Positions 7,119-15,093 are shown, counted from the first letter of the stretch. The stretch is DNA of 49,086 nt from a virus (IMGVR_UViG_3300012894_000005:1-49086), one strand, 5' to 3'. Numbers and translations are program-made. The notes: generated from the letters alone by a model not told the origin.

Positions 7119-8253
7119 CTAATTGCCATTCGCGCGGGGCGTACGCATAGGGCGCCTGTGGGCTAGTGGGATTGGCTAGCCAAGCTAAGCCTTTGTTTGC
7201 CAAGCTGCCCAGCTGCTTGCTGCCAGGTTTTTCAACATACTTATTGACTACGTACGAAATTGCTAGCATCACCAGTACTAAGGTTGTTACTACCACATAC
7301 TTATTCAGGCCTGCCGTTACGTGAAAAACAACGAAGCCAATATTGCCGTGCAGCAAATAAAGCGGGTACGTAATAGCACCCAGCGTTGGCAGCCAGGTAA
7401 AACGACTTAAGTCTAAGCTCCTCGTGATAATGAGCGCAAAAAGCAGGTAAAAGCCAACTAAAGCTGTGCCGGTTATAGCGAACGACAGGGGCGTGTGAAA
7501 GTAGGTGCTCAACGCATTCGTTTCTGCGCGCATACTACGCAGCGCTACCAAAAAGGCAATGGCGAGCAGCAGCAGTTGCAGTCTGCGATTGCCAAGCTTG
7601 TTTTGAAGCAAGTAAAAGAGCATCCCGGAGACGAAATAGGCGCTGTACTTCGGGATGAGCAGGCCCGCCAGCATGGTCGTGGCGGAGGGGCCCGCCACGG
7701 CGGTGTACAGCAGCCAGCCCGCCAGTAGTACATCAAGGTGCTTGAATAGCTTCCAGCCCAGCACAATGGCTATCAGGAAGTAAAACACGAGCTCGTAGCG
7801 CAGCGACCAGTACGAAGTATCCAGAATATCAACGCCCAAAAATTCCTGAAGCATCGTGAGGTTATAGCCATACTGATGCAGCGTGACAGCAAACCCCTCC
7901 CAGCCAGGAGTGGGCGCATGAGGGCCAAAGAATCGGACAACTAGAAAGGTGGCCGTGCAGCCAACCCAGTACGCCGGGTAGAGCCGCGTGAGCCGCGATA
8001 AGAAGAATTGCTTAATCGTCTTATTATACGAGCTCATCAGTACCACGTAGCCACTGATGATGAAGAATAGCTCTACGCCCAGCCACCCGTAGCGCGTAAC
8101 CTGACCCAGGCGCGCAAACTCGACGGGGCTATAGTGACCGCCTGCGTAGGCGCGAAAGGTGTAGTGGTAGAGCACGACGCTCAGGGCCGCCAGGAAGCGG
8201 AGCAAGTCAAGTTCGTTAAAGCGAAGGGGGGCTTTGTAAGGTTCTGGCTCCAT
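7096..8253 (-). CDS. Acyltransferase family 3 (OafA-like O-acetyltransferase)
   Basis: LDLLRFLAALSVVLYH, GVELFFIISGYV, FFLSRLTRLYP, WSLRYELVFY, YPLYLLH and VEKP motifs; polytopic membrane protein. Confidence 0.93.
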   Translation of the reverse strand: MEPEPYKAPLRFNELDLLRFLAALSVVLYHYTFRAYAGGHYSPVEFARLGQVTRYGWLGVELFFIISGYVVLMSSYNKTIKQFFLSRLTRLYPAYWVGCTATFLVVRFFGPHAPTPGWEGFAVTLHQYGYNLTMLQEFLGVDILDTSYWSLRYELVFYFLIAIVLGWKLFKHLDVLLAGWLLYTAVAGPSATTMLAGLLIPKYSAYFVSGMLFYLLQNKLGNRRLQLLLLAIAFLVALRSMRAETNALSTYFHTPLSFAITGTALVGFYLLFALIITRSLDLSRFTWLPTLGAITYPLYLLHGNIGFVVFHVTAGLNKYVVVTTLVLVMLAISYVVNKYVEKPGSKQLGSLANKGLAWLANPTSPQAPYAYAPREWQLEKRSPRS

Positions 8254-8527
8254 AGGTGAGTGTTAAATGAAACTCAAAGATGCGCAAATAAATCTTATTT
8301 CAGTTGGCATGGAGCAAAATTAGAACACCCCTAGCCAGTAGGTGCGGGGACTCTTTTTTGACCCTTTAAATGGTTGCAGCAGAGCGGGTAAAAAATAATT
8401 ATGGAGTTTATCGACTCACGGCATCTTCATTTGCAAGCGATTTACGTTATGGTCCTGTTTTACTAACTACCTTAGCAGGGCTAGTTGGCAAACGAGCTTA
8501 GCAAACTTACCCTTCCTCGCTCTCTTT

Positions 8528-8806
8528 ATGTTACTAACCCACACTCCAACCGGCGCCGCCGCGCCGGACCTAATCTTCTGCGCGAAACTCTCCCCAGGCG
8601 CGCAGCACCAACCCGCTACCCGCACAGGAGTCCGTGCCACCTGTCCTCACCCCTGCGGGAGCATTTGCCCCCTACAGGCCGGGGCGTGTACAACGCCCCC
8701 TGCCCAGCCCACTCGGCTGGCCTTGCTATTAAACCTAGCAGCTACCCAAGAGCAACTGCTGCTGCAAAGCCTGCCCCGCACGGGGTGCCTCATCTGCCGC
8801 AACTAA
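8528..8806 (+). CDS. Cys-rich hypothetical protein
   Basis: ATG after a pyrimidine-rich leader; seven Cys (CPHPCGSICP, GCLICRN). Confidence 0.4.
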   Translation: MLLTHTPTGAAAPDLIFCAKLSPGAQHQPATRTGVRATCPHPCGSICPLQAGACTTPPAQPTRLALLLNLAATQEQLLLQSLPRTGCLICRN

Positions 8807-8855
8807 GCAAAATACAATCATACCTCCAGCATGGCTATTGGACGCTGGGGGTAAG

Positions 8856-8883
8856 GTGTCCGAGAACCAATCTTATGTTAAGT
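8856..8883 (+). other. dif-like XerC/XerD recombination site
   Basis: GTGTCCGAGAA-CCAATC-TTATGTTAAGT (11-6-11). The right arm differs by one base from the E. coli XerD arm TTATGTTAAAT. Confidence 0.75.
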
Positions 8884-8953
8884 GACGCAACCCAGAACCC
8901 GGTCAAGCTGTCAGTGACCCTACCTTAGGGCAGAATCCAACTTAACAACTTCT

Positions 8954-8981
8954 ACTTAACATAATAAATCGACTAGGCCAC
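8954..8981 (-). other. Second, inverted dif-like site
   Basis: Minus strand reads GTGGCCTAGTC-GATTTA-TTATGTTAAGT. XerD arm identical to the first site; XerC arm degenerate. Confidence 0.5.
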
Positions 8982-9395
8982 CTCTATACCACCCTATAGA
9001 AAATCCGCGCTCGCTCGATAAGATTACTGCTCCGACCGTGCCCGCTGGATTGGGGACTCGTGTCCCAACGCGAGAGCTTCGCCTTCGGGGAGTTTCTTCT
9101 TCTGTGCAGCTTGATGCTAGATGGAAAGTGGGGGTTGGTGGGCACTGACCAAAAGACAAGTCCGCTCCCCCCTTACCCCCCTCAGCTAGTGAAGACGGTA
9201 GGAGAAGCGGAGTCTTCTGGCTCAGTAGCGCGAACGGTATGCATGACGGAGCCAGCGTACGGCGGCGGTATACCTTAGGCACCCCTCACAAGTCCGGTGA
9301 AAGAGTTAAGGAGCTTCCCTAGGGCTCCATAGGTTGCCAGCAATTCTAGAGTGAGCCCGACGTTGCTAAATGGCGCGGAAGGAAGTGAACACAAT

Positions 9396-9545
9396 AAAAA
9401 AGCCCCAGCACGAGTACGAGTCGGCTGGGACTTTTAAAACCCCCTCTCAGAAGGTACACCAAAGTGCACCCACCTGTGGCCAGGGGTAATATCATCGCCG
9501 CGTCTCGTACTCGCGCATCAGGTCCTGCCTGACATCACAAATAAC
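9396..9545 (-). promoter_or_regulatory. RNA switch: terminator whose loop is complementary to a nearby hairpin loop
   Basis: Minus-strand terminator at 9396-9435. CGAGTACGAG (9411-9420) is the reverse complement of CTCGTACTCG (9504-9513). Confidence 0.6.
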
Positions 9546-9607
9546 GTAACTGCAGGTGATATGTTGCAAGAGTATTAAAAAGTATTTAGCGAGTCGCTGA
9601 GCTTATG

Positions 9608-9931
9608 CTATTTTGAGCCAGCTTGCAGTTTCTTGTTTTTGCGTATCTGCTCAGCTAGTTGTGCCGGCGGCAGTGGCTGGGCTGCTTCAGGCCCCAGCTT
9701 CTCAAGCTCTGCGATAAGAGCATCTCCTACTAGGTCTTGTAGCTTTAGCCCGCGCACCCAATACTTGGCCTGCAGCAGACGCAAGTACAGTTCGCGCGTG
9801 ATGGGGACGGTGTAGGAGATAAGCTCCTCTGGCGGGCCCATTTGTGCGGTGCTGGGCAGCTCAGGCTGGGGGAGCTTTTTATTAATAGATTCGAGGGCCT
9901 TTCGGCCGAAGGAAGGGCGTTCATCGCTCAT
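9608..9931 (-). CDS. Small partition partner (type Ib, ParG/RHH-like)
   Basis: Overlaps the parA stop. Disordered N-terminus, then ISYTVPI strand and two helices. Confidence 0.65.
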   Translation of the reverse strand: MSDERPSFGRKALESINKKLPQPELPSTAQMGPPEELISYTVPITRELYLRLLQAKYWVRGLKLQDLVGDALIAELEKLGPEAAQPLPPAQLAEQIRKNKKLQAGSK

Positions 9932-10686
9932 AGTCGTAGTAGGATTTCGGCGGTTAGTTTGATATAATCAACTGACCCAGGCGATTCGGGATAGCGGGTA
10001 AGCAGATTTTCCTTTTCCGTTTGCGCTTGCTTGATGGCCACGTTTTCCCGAATGGTAGTTATCATAACCAGCGGTCCTAGCGTAGCGTGGTCTTCCAGGA
10101 TGGCCACCAAGTCCTTGAGCACCCGCCGGCGGTCGTTACGGTTGTACTGGGTGAAGAAAAGCCCGCCCATCTTTAATCCTGGGTTGAGCCGGCGGCGCAC
10201 TTGGTCGCAGACGTGAATTAGCCCAGCTAGGCCTTCTAGCCCGTAGTACTCGGGCTGGGTGGGAATAAAGACTGCATTAGCTGCAGCCAGGGCCGCGTAG
10301 GTGAGAGTGCCCATGCCTGCAGGCGTATCGATAATACAGTAGTCGATGCCTTTTACTTCCGATAGCAACTCACGCAGTACCATTTCGCCGCCTGGCTCTT
10401 GGCCTAATTGCTTTTCGGCCTGGCCTAGCTCCGGGGAGCTGGGTACTAGCCAGAGGTCGCGGGCAACTTCGACGGTCACATCTTCTAGTACTGCCCCCTG
10501 CAACACAGCTGCTAGGGTCAAGTGCGCCGGTGGGGCATAAGTAAATGATTGTGTTAAGTTGTGCTGGCGGTCACAATCTACAAGTAGCACCGTGTGGCCA
10601 CGCTGCAGCAGGGCATAGGCCACGTTCAGCGCTGAAGTAGTCTTGCCGACGCCCCCTTTGTGGTTGGCAAAGCAAAGTGTAGTCAT
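9928..10686 (-). CDS. parA: ParA/Soj family partition ATPase
   Basis: KGGVGKTT deviant Walker A, LLVDCDRQHNLT, IIDTP and IRENV motifs. Confidence 0.95.
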   Translation of the reverse strand: MTTLCFANHKGGVGKTTSALNVAYALLQRGHTVLLVDCDRQHNLTQSFTYAPPAHLTLAAVLQGAVLEDVTVEVARDLWLVPSSPELGQAEKQLGQEPGGEMVLRELLSEVKGIDYCIIDTPAGMGTLTYAALAAANAVFIPTQPEYYGLEGLAGLIHVCDQVRRRLNPGLKMGGLFFTQYNRNDRRRVLKDLVAILEDHATLGPLVMITTIRENVAIKQAQTEKENLLTRYPESPGSVDYIKLTAEILLRL

Positions 10687-10775
10687 ATAATGGTAGTAAT
10701 TACAATAATGGTAGTAATGCCTTTAATGCAGATAATGGTAGTAATGCTGGCAATGCCACCCATTACTACCATTAT
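10687..10775. repeat. Centromere/operator (parS-like) 14-bp repeats ATAATGGTAGTAAT
   Basis: Direct copies at 10687, 10705 and 10732; inverted copy at 10762-10775; directly upstream of parA. Confidence 0.8.
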
Positions 10776-10841
10776 TTTAAGCAGGCTGTAAAAAAAAACC
10801 CATTGCGGGGTAGCTGGGGCCCGACGCGGTTTTGTGCTGGG

Positions 10842-11516
10842 CTAGGCTGCTTTTAAGAGCGCCACCGGGTACATCTCGCGTACTACGCATTCAGGCGCCT
10901 CGACTAGCTCAGGGTCCCGGTAGCGCCCCCCGAACGGAAGGATTTCCATCCGGGGGGCGCTGCTGCCAGCTTGCTCCTGCTGCTGCCGTTCCTCGGGCGT
11001 CGGCCGGCGGTAGCCTAGCGTTAGTTCGTACTCGTCAACCTTGGCATAGAGGCGCGCAATAAGGGCGGCTTGGTCTTCCTTTACGGAGTTGTAGGTGCGA
11101 GACTGGGCTATCAAGTCCTCGCGGGCTTCCTTGCGGGCTGCCCGTAAGTCGTCTTTTAGTTGTTTGTTTTCGGCCCGTAGCTCTGTGACTTCAGCGGCTA
11201 GGCGACTCGCCAGGTCGGGAGCTACGCAGCCATAGGGGGCAGGTGGCTCAGCTACGATTGGCGGGGCGGCCACGCGGGGCTGCTGCGACTCTGCCAAAGG
11301 TTGACCCTGGCCAGATACCAGCCAGTTAATGTTGACCTGCGGAAAAGCCTGTTGAATCTTGTTTAGCGACTTGCTCGCGGGCTCCGTTTTGTTGCGCTCC
11401 ATATTGGAGATGCTTTGTTGCGTGAGGCCAACTTTATCAGCAAAATCCTGCTGCTGGCCCTTGTAGCCAAGCAATTCGCGCAGGTGGCGAAGGCGTGTGC
11501 CAGGGGTGGTTTCCAT
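10842..11516 (-). CDS. cI: CI-like repressor (XRE HTH plus coiled coil, no S24 peptidase)
   Basis: ATG at 11516. QQDFADKVGLTQQSISNMERNKT HTH and NINWLVSGQG; divergent from a cro-like gene. Confidence 0.85.
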   Translation of the reverse strand: METTPGTRLRHLRELLGYKGQQQDFADKVGLTQQSISNMERNKTEPASKSLNKIQQAFPQVNINWLVSGQGQPLAESQQPRVAAPPIVAEPPAPYGCVAPDLASRLAAEVTELRAENKQLKDDLRAARKEAREDLIAQSRTYNSVKEDQAALIARLYAKVDEYELTLGYRRPTPEERQQQEQAGSSAPRMEILPFGGRYRDPELVEAPECVVREMYPVALLKAA

Positions 11517-11552
11517 TTGTAAAAAAATAGTGAGAGGCAGGCAACTATTTAT

Positions 11553-11651
11553 ACAATCTTGTTGTAAAAACAAAGCTTGCTGTTTAACTTTGGTAGGCTT
11601 ATAGGTAGTAAGCGAATTGCTAGTACGCTGCAATAATACAAAGCGTTTTGT
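11553..11651. promoter_or_regulatory. cI/cro switch: rightward promoter and ACA-N8-TGT operators
   Basis: TAACTTTG at 11585-11592; ACAAAGCTTGCTGT at 11570-11583; ACAAAGCGTTTTGT at 11638-11651. Confidence 0.75.
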
Positions 11652-11686
11652 AAAAAGCCCTATTTAAGCTCCACAATTCCACTTCT

Positions 11687-11935
11687 ATGGCCATTCCCGC
11701 AAACCCCGACCTGCCACAATTTCGGGCCAACATGAAGCGCCTAAAGCCTCACCTGGGTAAGTTCTACGGTGTGGTAGTGGGCGCCCGCTTTAGCACGTTG
11801 GACCTGAAGAAACTGCACCAGGCCGTAGCTGGCCGCGCCGTGTACCCCGAAGGTTACAACGCGCTCTGCATGGTCTACGCACCCGAATTGCTGCTGGCTC
11901 CGCCGGCGCCCATCGAAACCCCTGAACTAGTATGA
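11687..11935 (+). CDS. Cro-like regulator
   Basis: Small, first gene divergent from cI; positional call. Confidence 0.55.
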   Translation: MAIPANPDLPQFRANMKRLKPHLGKFYGVVVGARFSTLDLKKLHQAVAGRAVYPEGYNALCMVYAPELLLAPPAPIETPELV

Positions 11936-12147
11936 AGCCCCCATTATTCCATGTAGGACAGGCAGTGGTGTGCCTCTGCAAGCGTTGGCCTGGCTCCGAC
12001 ACCTTGTCGGCACCGCGCAAGGGTCAGATTTACACCATAGTGAAGCTGCACAATGACTTCGGCATATGGTGGTTAGAGTTTGCGGAATTCCCGCCTAGCC
12101 CCGCAGGCCGCGAAGGTGCTGAAGTTGCCTGGCGTCGGCCGCAATAA
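11932..12147 (+). CDS. Hypothetical protein, possibly truncated
   Basis: ATGA overlap with the cro-like gene; its 3' end overlaps the antirepressor frame. Confidence 0.5.
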   Translation: MKPPLFHVGQAVVCLCKRWPGSDTLSAPRKGQIYTIVKLHNDFGIWWLEFAEFPPSPAGREGAEVAWRRPQ

Positions 12148-12364
12148 GCTATTTGCTATGCTGCGAGCCGATAAGATACTGAAAGCCAACAACGAGCCTT
12201 ATCAGCAGCACATCGACTCGGGCTATTTTGAGGTGCAAGCCAACCCCTACAAAGCTGGCGTGAATGGGGCGAAAGGCCCGCGCCTAGGGGTAACCACTCG
12301 CGTGACCGGCAGAGGGATTGAATGGCTGCAAAAGAAATATAAAGTGGTGGCCGAAAACATTTGA
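12080..12364 (+). CDS. Antirepressor KilAC/ANT domain lacking a clear start (fragment or frameshift product)
   Basis: AAKVL...GRNKLFAMLR...NEPYQQHIDSGYFEV...TTRVTGRG. Confidence 0.75.
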   Translation: MRNSRLAPQAAKVLKLPGVGRNKLFAMLRADKILKANNEPYQQHIDSGYFEVQANPYKAGVNGAKGPRLGVTTRVTGRGIEWLQKKYKVVAENI

Positions 12365-12371
12365 TAAAAAA

Positions 12372-12426
12372 TACAGCAACTTTTGTAGTAAAGCCCTTGT
12401 ATAAAACAAAAGTTGCTGTACATTTG
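12372..12426 (+). promoter_or_regulatory. Second CI-type promoter with two operators
   Basis: ACAGCAACTTTTGT (12373-86) and ACAAAAGTTGCTGT (12406-19) are perfect inverted copies. TACATTTG box at 12419-12426. Confidence 0.8.
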
Positions 12427-12458
12427 AATCATCAACCGCAACAAACACCCCGCCCCCC

Positions 12459-12728
12459 ATGCACCTCCACCCTGACACCCCCGCCACCGCAGTTGCCCCG
12501 CTACGCATCAACCGGGAGCCTGCTACCAATCGAGTAAACCCCGCCGAGATGCGCCACCTGCGCCGCGTCGTGGCCGCCACCACTATCTGCTGCCTGTCTA
12601 CGGCCGTGCAAACTGAAGTGACCCGCGCCCATGCCGAAGGCATGAACCTGACCGAAGAGGCGCGGGTGCTGCTGGCTGAATTCGGATTACCCACTTCGCT
12701 GGCCGTGGCCCCGATGGCCGCCCGCTAG
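12459..12728 (+). CDS. Hypothetical early protein
   Basis: First ORF after the promoter. Confidence 0.6.
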   Translation: MHLHPDTPATAVAPLRINREPATNRVNPAEMRHLRRVVAATTICCLSTAVQTEVTRAHAEGMNLTEEARVLLAEFGLPTSLAVAPMAAR

Positions 12729-12759
12729 GTCTTCCTATTCACCATTTGTCGCCTTCGCT

Positions 12760-12915
12760 ATGTCGCCTACCTACTACGAGCCCCGCCCCTACCTCAAAGA
12801 AGCCATTGACTGGCAGCGCGAGCTAAAGAGCCAACGCCCCGTGACCTACTGCAAGGGACGCCACGCCAAGACCCGCCGCCGGGCGCAGAAAGCAGGTCGC
12901 AAGGCCGCCCGCTAG
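12760..12915 (+). CDS. 51-aa basic hypothetical protein
   Basis: MSPTYYEPRPYLKEAIDWQRELKSQRPVTYCKGRHAKTRRRAQKAGRKAAR; fills an operon gap. Confidence 0.5.
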   Translation: MSPTYYEPRPYLKEAIDWQRELKSQRPVTYCKGRHAKTRRRAQKAGRKAAR

Positions 12916-12947
12916 GTCTTTTCCTCTTACCTGTCAGCACCAAAAAG

Positions 12948-13178
12948 ATGCCTCTATCTAAGAAAGATGCCAAATGGCTAGAGCAGTTGGACTTACTGCT
13001 TTTGAATAAGGTCGGCAAGCTCGAAGAAATGGTGCAGAAGCATCGCAGCCGAGTAGAGCGCAGCCGCAGCAAGGACAAGGACTTCTCGCTTTCCATCACC
13101 CTCGATGATGTGAGGGAGGCGCTCGATGAAGCCCGCGCTCAAATCCACGAGGCCTGCGAGGAATACGCTGACCGCTAG
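12948..13178 (+). CDS. Hypothetical coiled-coil protein
   Basis: ORF in the early operon. Confidence 0.65.
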   Translation: MPLSKKDAKWLEQLDLLLLNKVGKLEEMVQKHRSRVERSRSKDKDFSLSITLDDVREALDEARAQIHEACEEYADR

Positions 13179-13514
13179 CCCCCTCTCTTTTTTCTCACTT
13201 CTCTCGCTGGCCCAGCGGTAAGGGCGACCAAGAAAATGCCTACTGTGAAAATCACGGCTAGCCAGACGGTCTACTACGAAAAGACGCTGGACTTGCCGCA
13301 GGATGAATACGAGCAGTTAATGATACTGCAAGATGACGGGGGTTGGATGACACCGCTAGTGGAAGAGTGGCTGTCGGATGGGGAAATCCACTTCACAACT
13401 AAGGATATAACCGACCGCGACGCACTAGAAGATGTGGACATCTACACCGCCTAGCCCCCTCTCTTTTCTCTCACTTCTCTCGCTGGCCCAGCGGTAAGGG
13501 CAACCAATAAGATG
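13175..13514 (+). repeat. 64-bp intergenic direct repeat (4 mismatches), running stop codon to start codon
   Basis: Copies at 13175-13238 and 13451-13514; each contains the hairpin CGCTG-GCC-CAGCG. Confidence 0.9.
13236..13454 (+). CDS. Acidic hypothetical protein
   Basis: Lies between the two 64-bp repeats. Confidence 0.7.
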   Translation: MPTVKITASQTVYYEKTLDLPQDEYEQLMILQDDGGWMTPLVEEWLSDGEIHFTTKDITDRDALEDVDIYTA

Positions 13515-13751
13515 GCTCATTATAAGCCTAAGCCCTTCGCTTCGAAGCAAGAAGCATTAGAAACAGCCGGCTGGGTTGCTGACCAGACCGCCAGGGCATT
13601 CAACATCTCTTTCGAAGAGGCCGCCCGGCGTGTGGCTGCACTTGCTAAAAGCGGAATCCTGGAAGGTGGGCACCCTGACGACCCCGAGATGCAGGCCAAG
13701 ATAACGGCCTTCCTCAGCATTCCGAGCCGCACCTACGCCCACCTCAGTTAG
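13512..13751 (+). CDS. Hypothetical protein
   Basis: Starts at the ATG of the second repeat. Confidence 0.7.
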   Translation: MAHYKPKPFASKQEALETAGWVADQTARAFNISFEEAARRVAALAKSGILEGGHPDDPEMQAKITAFLSIPSRTYAHLS

Positions 13752-13848
13752 CCCGCCCCCGCCATGAAAATTCTGACCCACACCCCCGGCCCCACCCTGC
13801 TAGCTGGCCTAGCCACTACTGCGGGCTTACTGATTTGGATTGCGCGCC

Positions 13849-14091
13849 ATGTGTACTAGCCTCACCGCCGCCGAAGCCGCCGTGCACCAAGCCCGCGAAG
13901 CCCACCGCGCCGCCCTAGCCGCCCCGATTGACCCACAGAAGCCCGCCAGCTGGCTCCGCATTGTCAACACTGCCAGCCATTTGCTAGGTGAAGCACAGGA
14001 GGTACTCGAAGCTGCTGAGCGCGCCGCTGCCCCCGACTACGCCCACAACCAGGCCCTGGCTGCTGACCGCTACTACTACCCCGCCTCCTAA
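13849..14091 (+). CDS. Hypothetical Ala-rich protein
   Basis: ATG at 13849 in the early operon. Confidence 0.55.
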   Translation: MCTSLTAAEAAVHQAREAHRAALAAPIDPQKPASWLRIVNTASHLLGEAQEVLEAAERAAAPDYAHNQALAADRYYYPAS

Positions 14092-14104
14092 TTCTCTCCT
14101 AGCC

Positions 14105-14350
14105 ATGAACGAAGAATTCAACACCCTGCTGGCTGCTTACAAGGATACCCACAACAAGTGGATGGGAGCGATGAGCCTCTACAGTGCAGTGTATGACCAC
14201 CTAGGCAAAGTAGGGCAGCGGGCCGCCGAGCAGCACCAAAATGAGTTGCAGGCCGCCCACCAAGAAGCCAGCGCCGCCCTTGATGCTTACCACACCCGCT
14301 CAGCGGCCCCCTATATCGTGGTAGGCGAGGCTTACCGCATAGCCGCCTAG
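14105..14350 (+). CDS. Hypothetical helical protein
   Basis: ATG at 14105; ends YRIAA. Confidence 0.6.
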   Translation: MNEEFNTLLAAYKDTHNKWMGAMSLYSAVYDHLGKVGQRAAEQHQNELQAAHQEASAALDAYHTRSAAPYIVVGEAYRIAA

Positions 14351-14354
14351 TACG

Positions 14355-14534
14355 ATGGCCCACAACACCATCTCCACCGAGGACACCAAAGCCGCTCTTT
14401 GGGGCAGGCTAGCCCGCCGGTACGAGAAAGAGGCGCTGCACTGGCGCAACATGGGCAACGAAATCAAGGCAGTAGCCTACGACACCCGCGCCGCCGAAGC
14501 AGCCGCCAAAGCCATTCCCTCCCCGCCATGCTAG
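14355..14534 (+). CDS. 59-aa hypothetical protein
   Basis: MAHNTISTEDTKAALWGRLARRYEKEALHWR...; fills an operon gap. Confidence 0.5.
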   Translation: MAHNTISTEDTKAALWGRLARRYEKEALHWRNMGNEIKAVAYDTRAAEAAAKAIPSPPC

Positions 14535-14686
14535 CCCACGTCCTCACCAACTGCCTGAGCCAGCTGCTTGATGCGGCCGTGCCCCGCCAGGCCCCTATCG
14601 GATTTGTCCGCATCAAATCCCGAAGCGAACTGCCCGATGGGCTGAAACGCCTGGCGGGGGCGAAACCTCTCCCCAAGCAGCCATGA
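14528..14686 (+). CDS. Small hypothetical protein
   Basis: ATG at 14528; overlaps both neighbours. Confidence 0.45.
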   Translation: MLAHVLTNCLSQLLDAAVPRQAPIGFVRIKSRSELPDGLKRLAGAKPLPKQP

Positions 14687-15063
14687 TGAAGGACAGCTAC
14701 GCTGGCTGCTGCTACCTCTGCGGCAACTACGTCGGCATGGGGGCGGGGGAGGTGCTGAAAAACAGAGTGGCCGGCCAGCGCCACTCGCTGCGGTGCCTGC
14801 CCTGCGGCTTGACTGCTGAGAAGCCCAGCGCCACGCCTACAGAAGCGGTGCTGAGCGAGAACGCCGCCGCCCTATTGCGCCAATCGGTGCGTGGCCAAAT
14901 CCGCCGACTGTTGGACGACAACGATATGCCACCCGAGAAAGTCCGCGCCGGGCAAGCCTGGCTGGAATCCCAGCAGTGGCCCATCGAGAAGCTGCATAAG
15001 GTGCATAAGCAGCTGCTAACCATGCTTACCAATATCCGCAACGGCCGGCCGCTCGCCGCCTAG
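14683..15063 (+). CDS. Zn-ribbon hypothetical protein
   Basis: CYLCG and CLPCG pairs; ends PLAA. Confidence 0.65.
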   Translation: MMKDSYAGCCYLCGNYVGMGAGEVLKNRVAGQRHSLRCLPCGLTAEKPSATPTEAVLSENAAALLRQSVRGQIRRLLDDNDMPPEKVRAGQAWLESQQWPIEKLHKVHKQLLTMLTNIRNGRPLAA

Positions 15064-15093
15064 CCCCCTCCCCTCTACTTAGGAAGCACCACC

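Noticed and set aside
8956-9282. 108-aa minus-strand ORF as a plasmid Rep
   Set aside because: Low-complexity translation of hairpin and G-tract DNA; no Rep motifs.
10687-13514. Repeats as a CRISPR array
   Set aside because: Too few copies, irregular or gene-sized spacers, and no cas genes.
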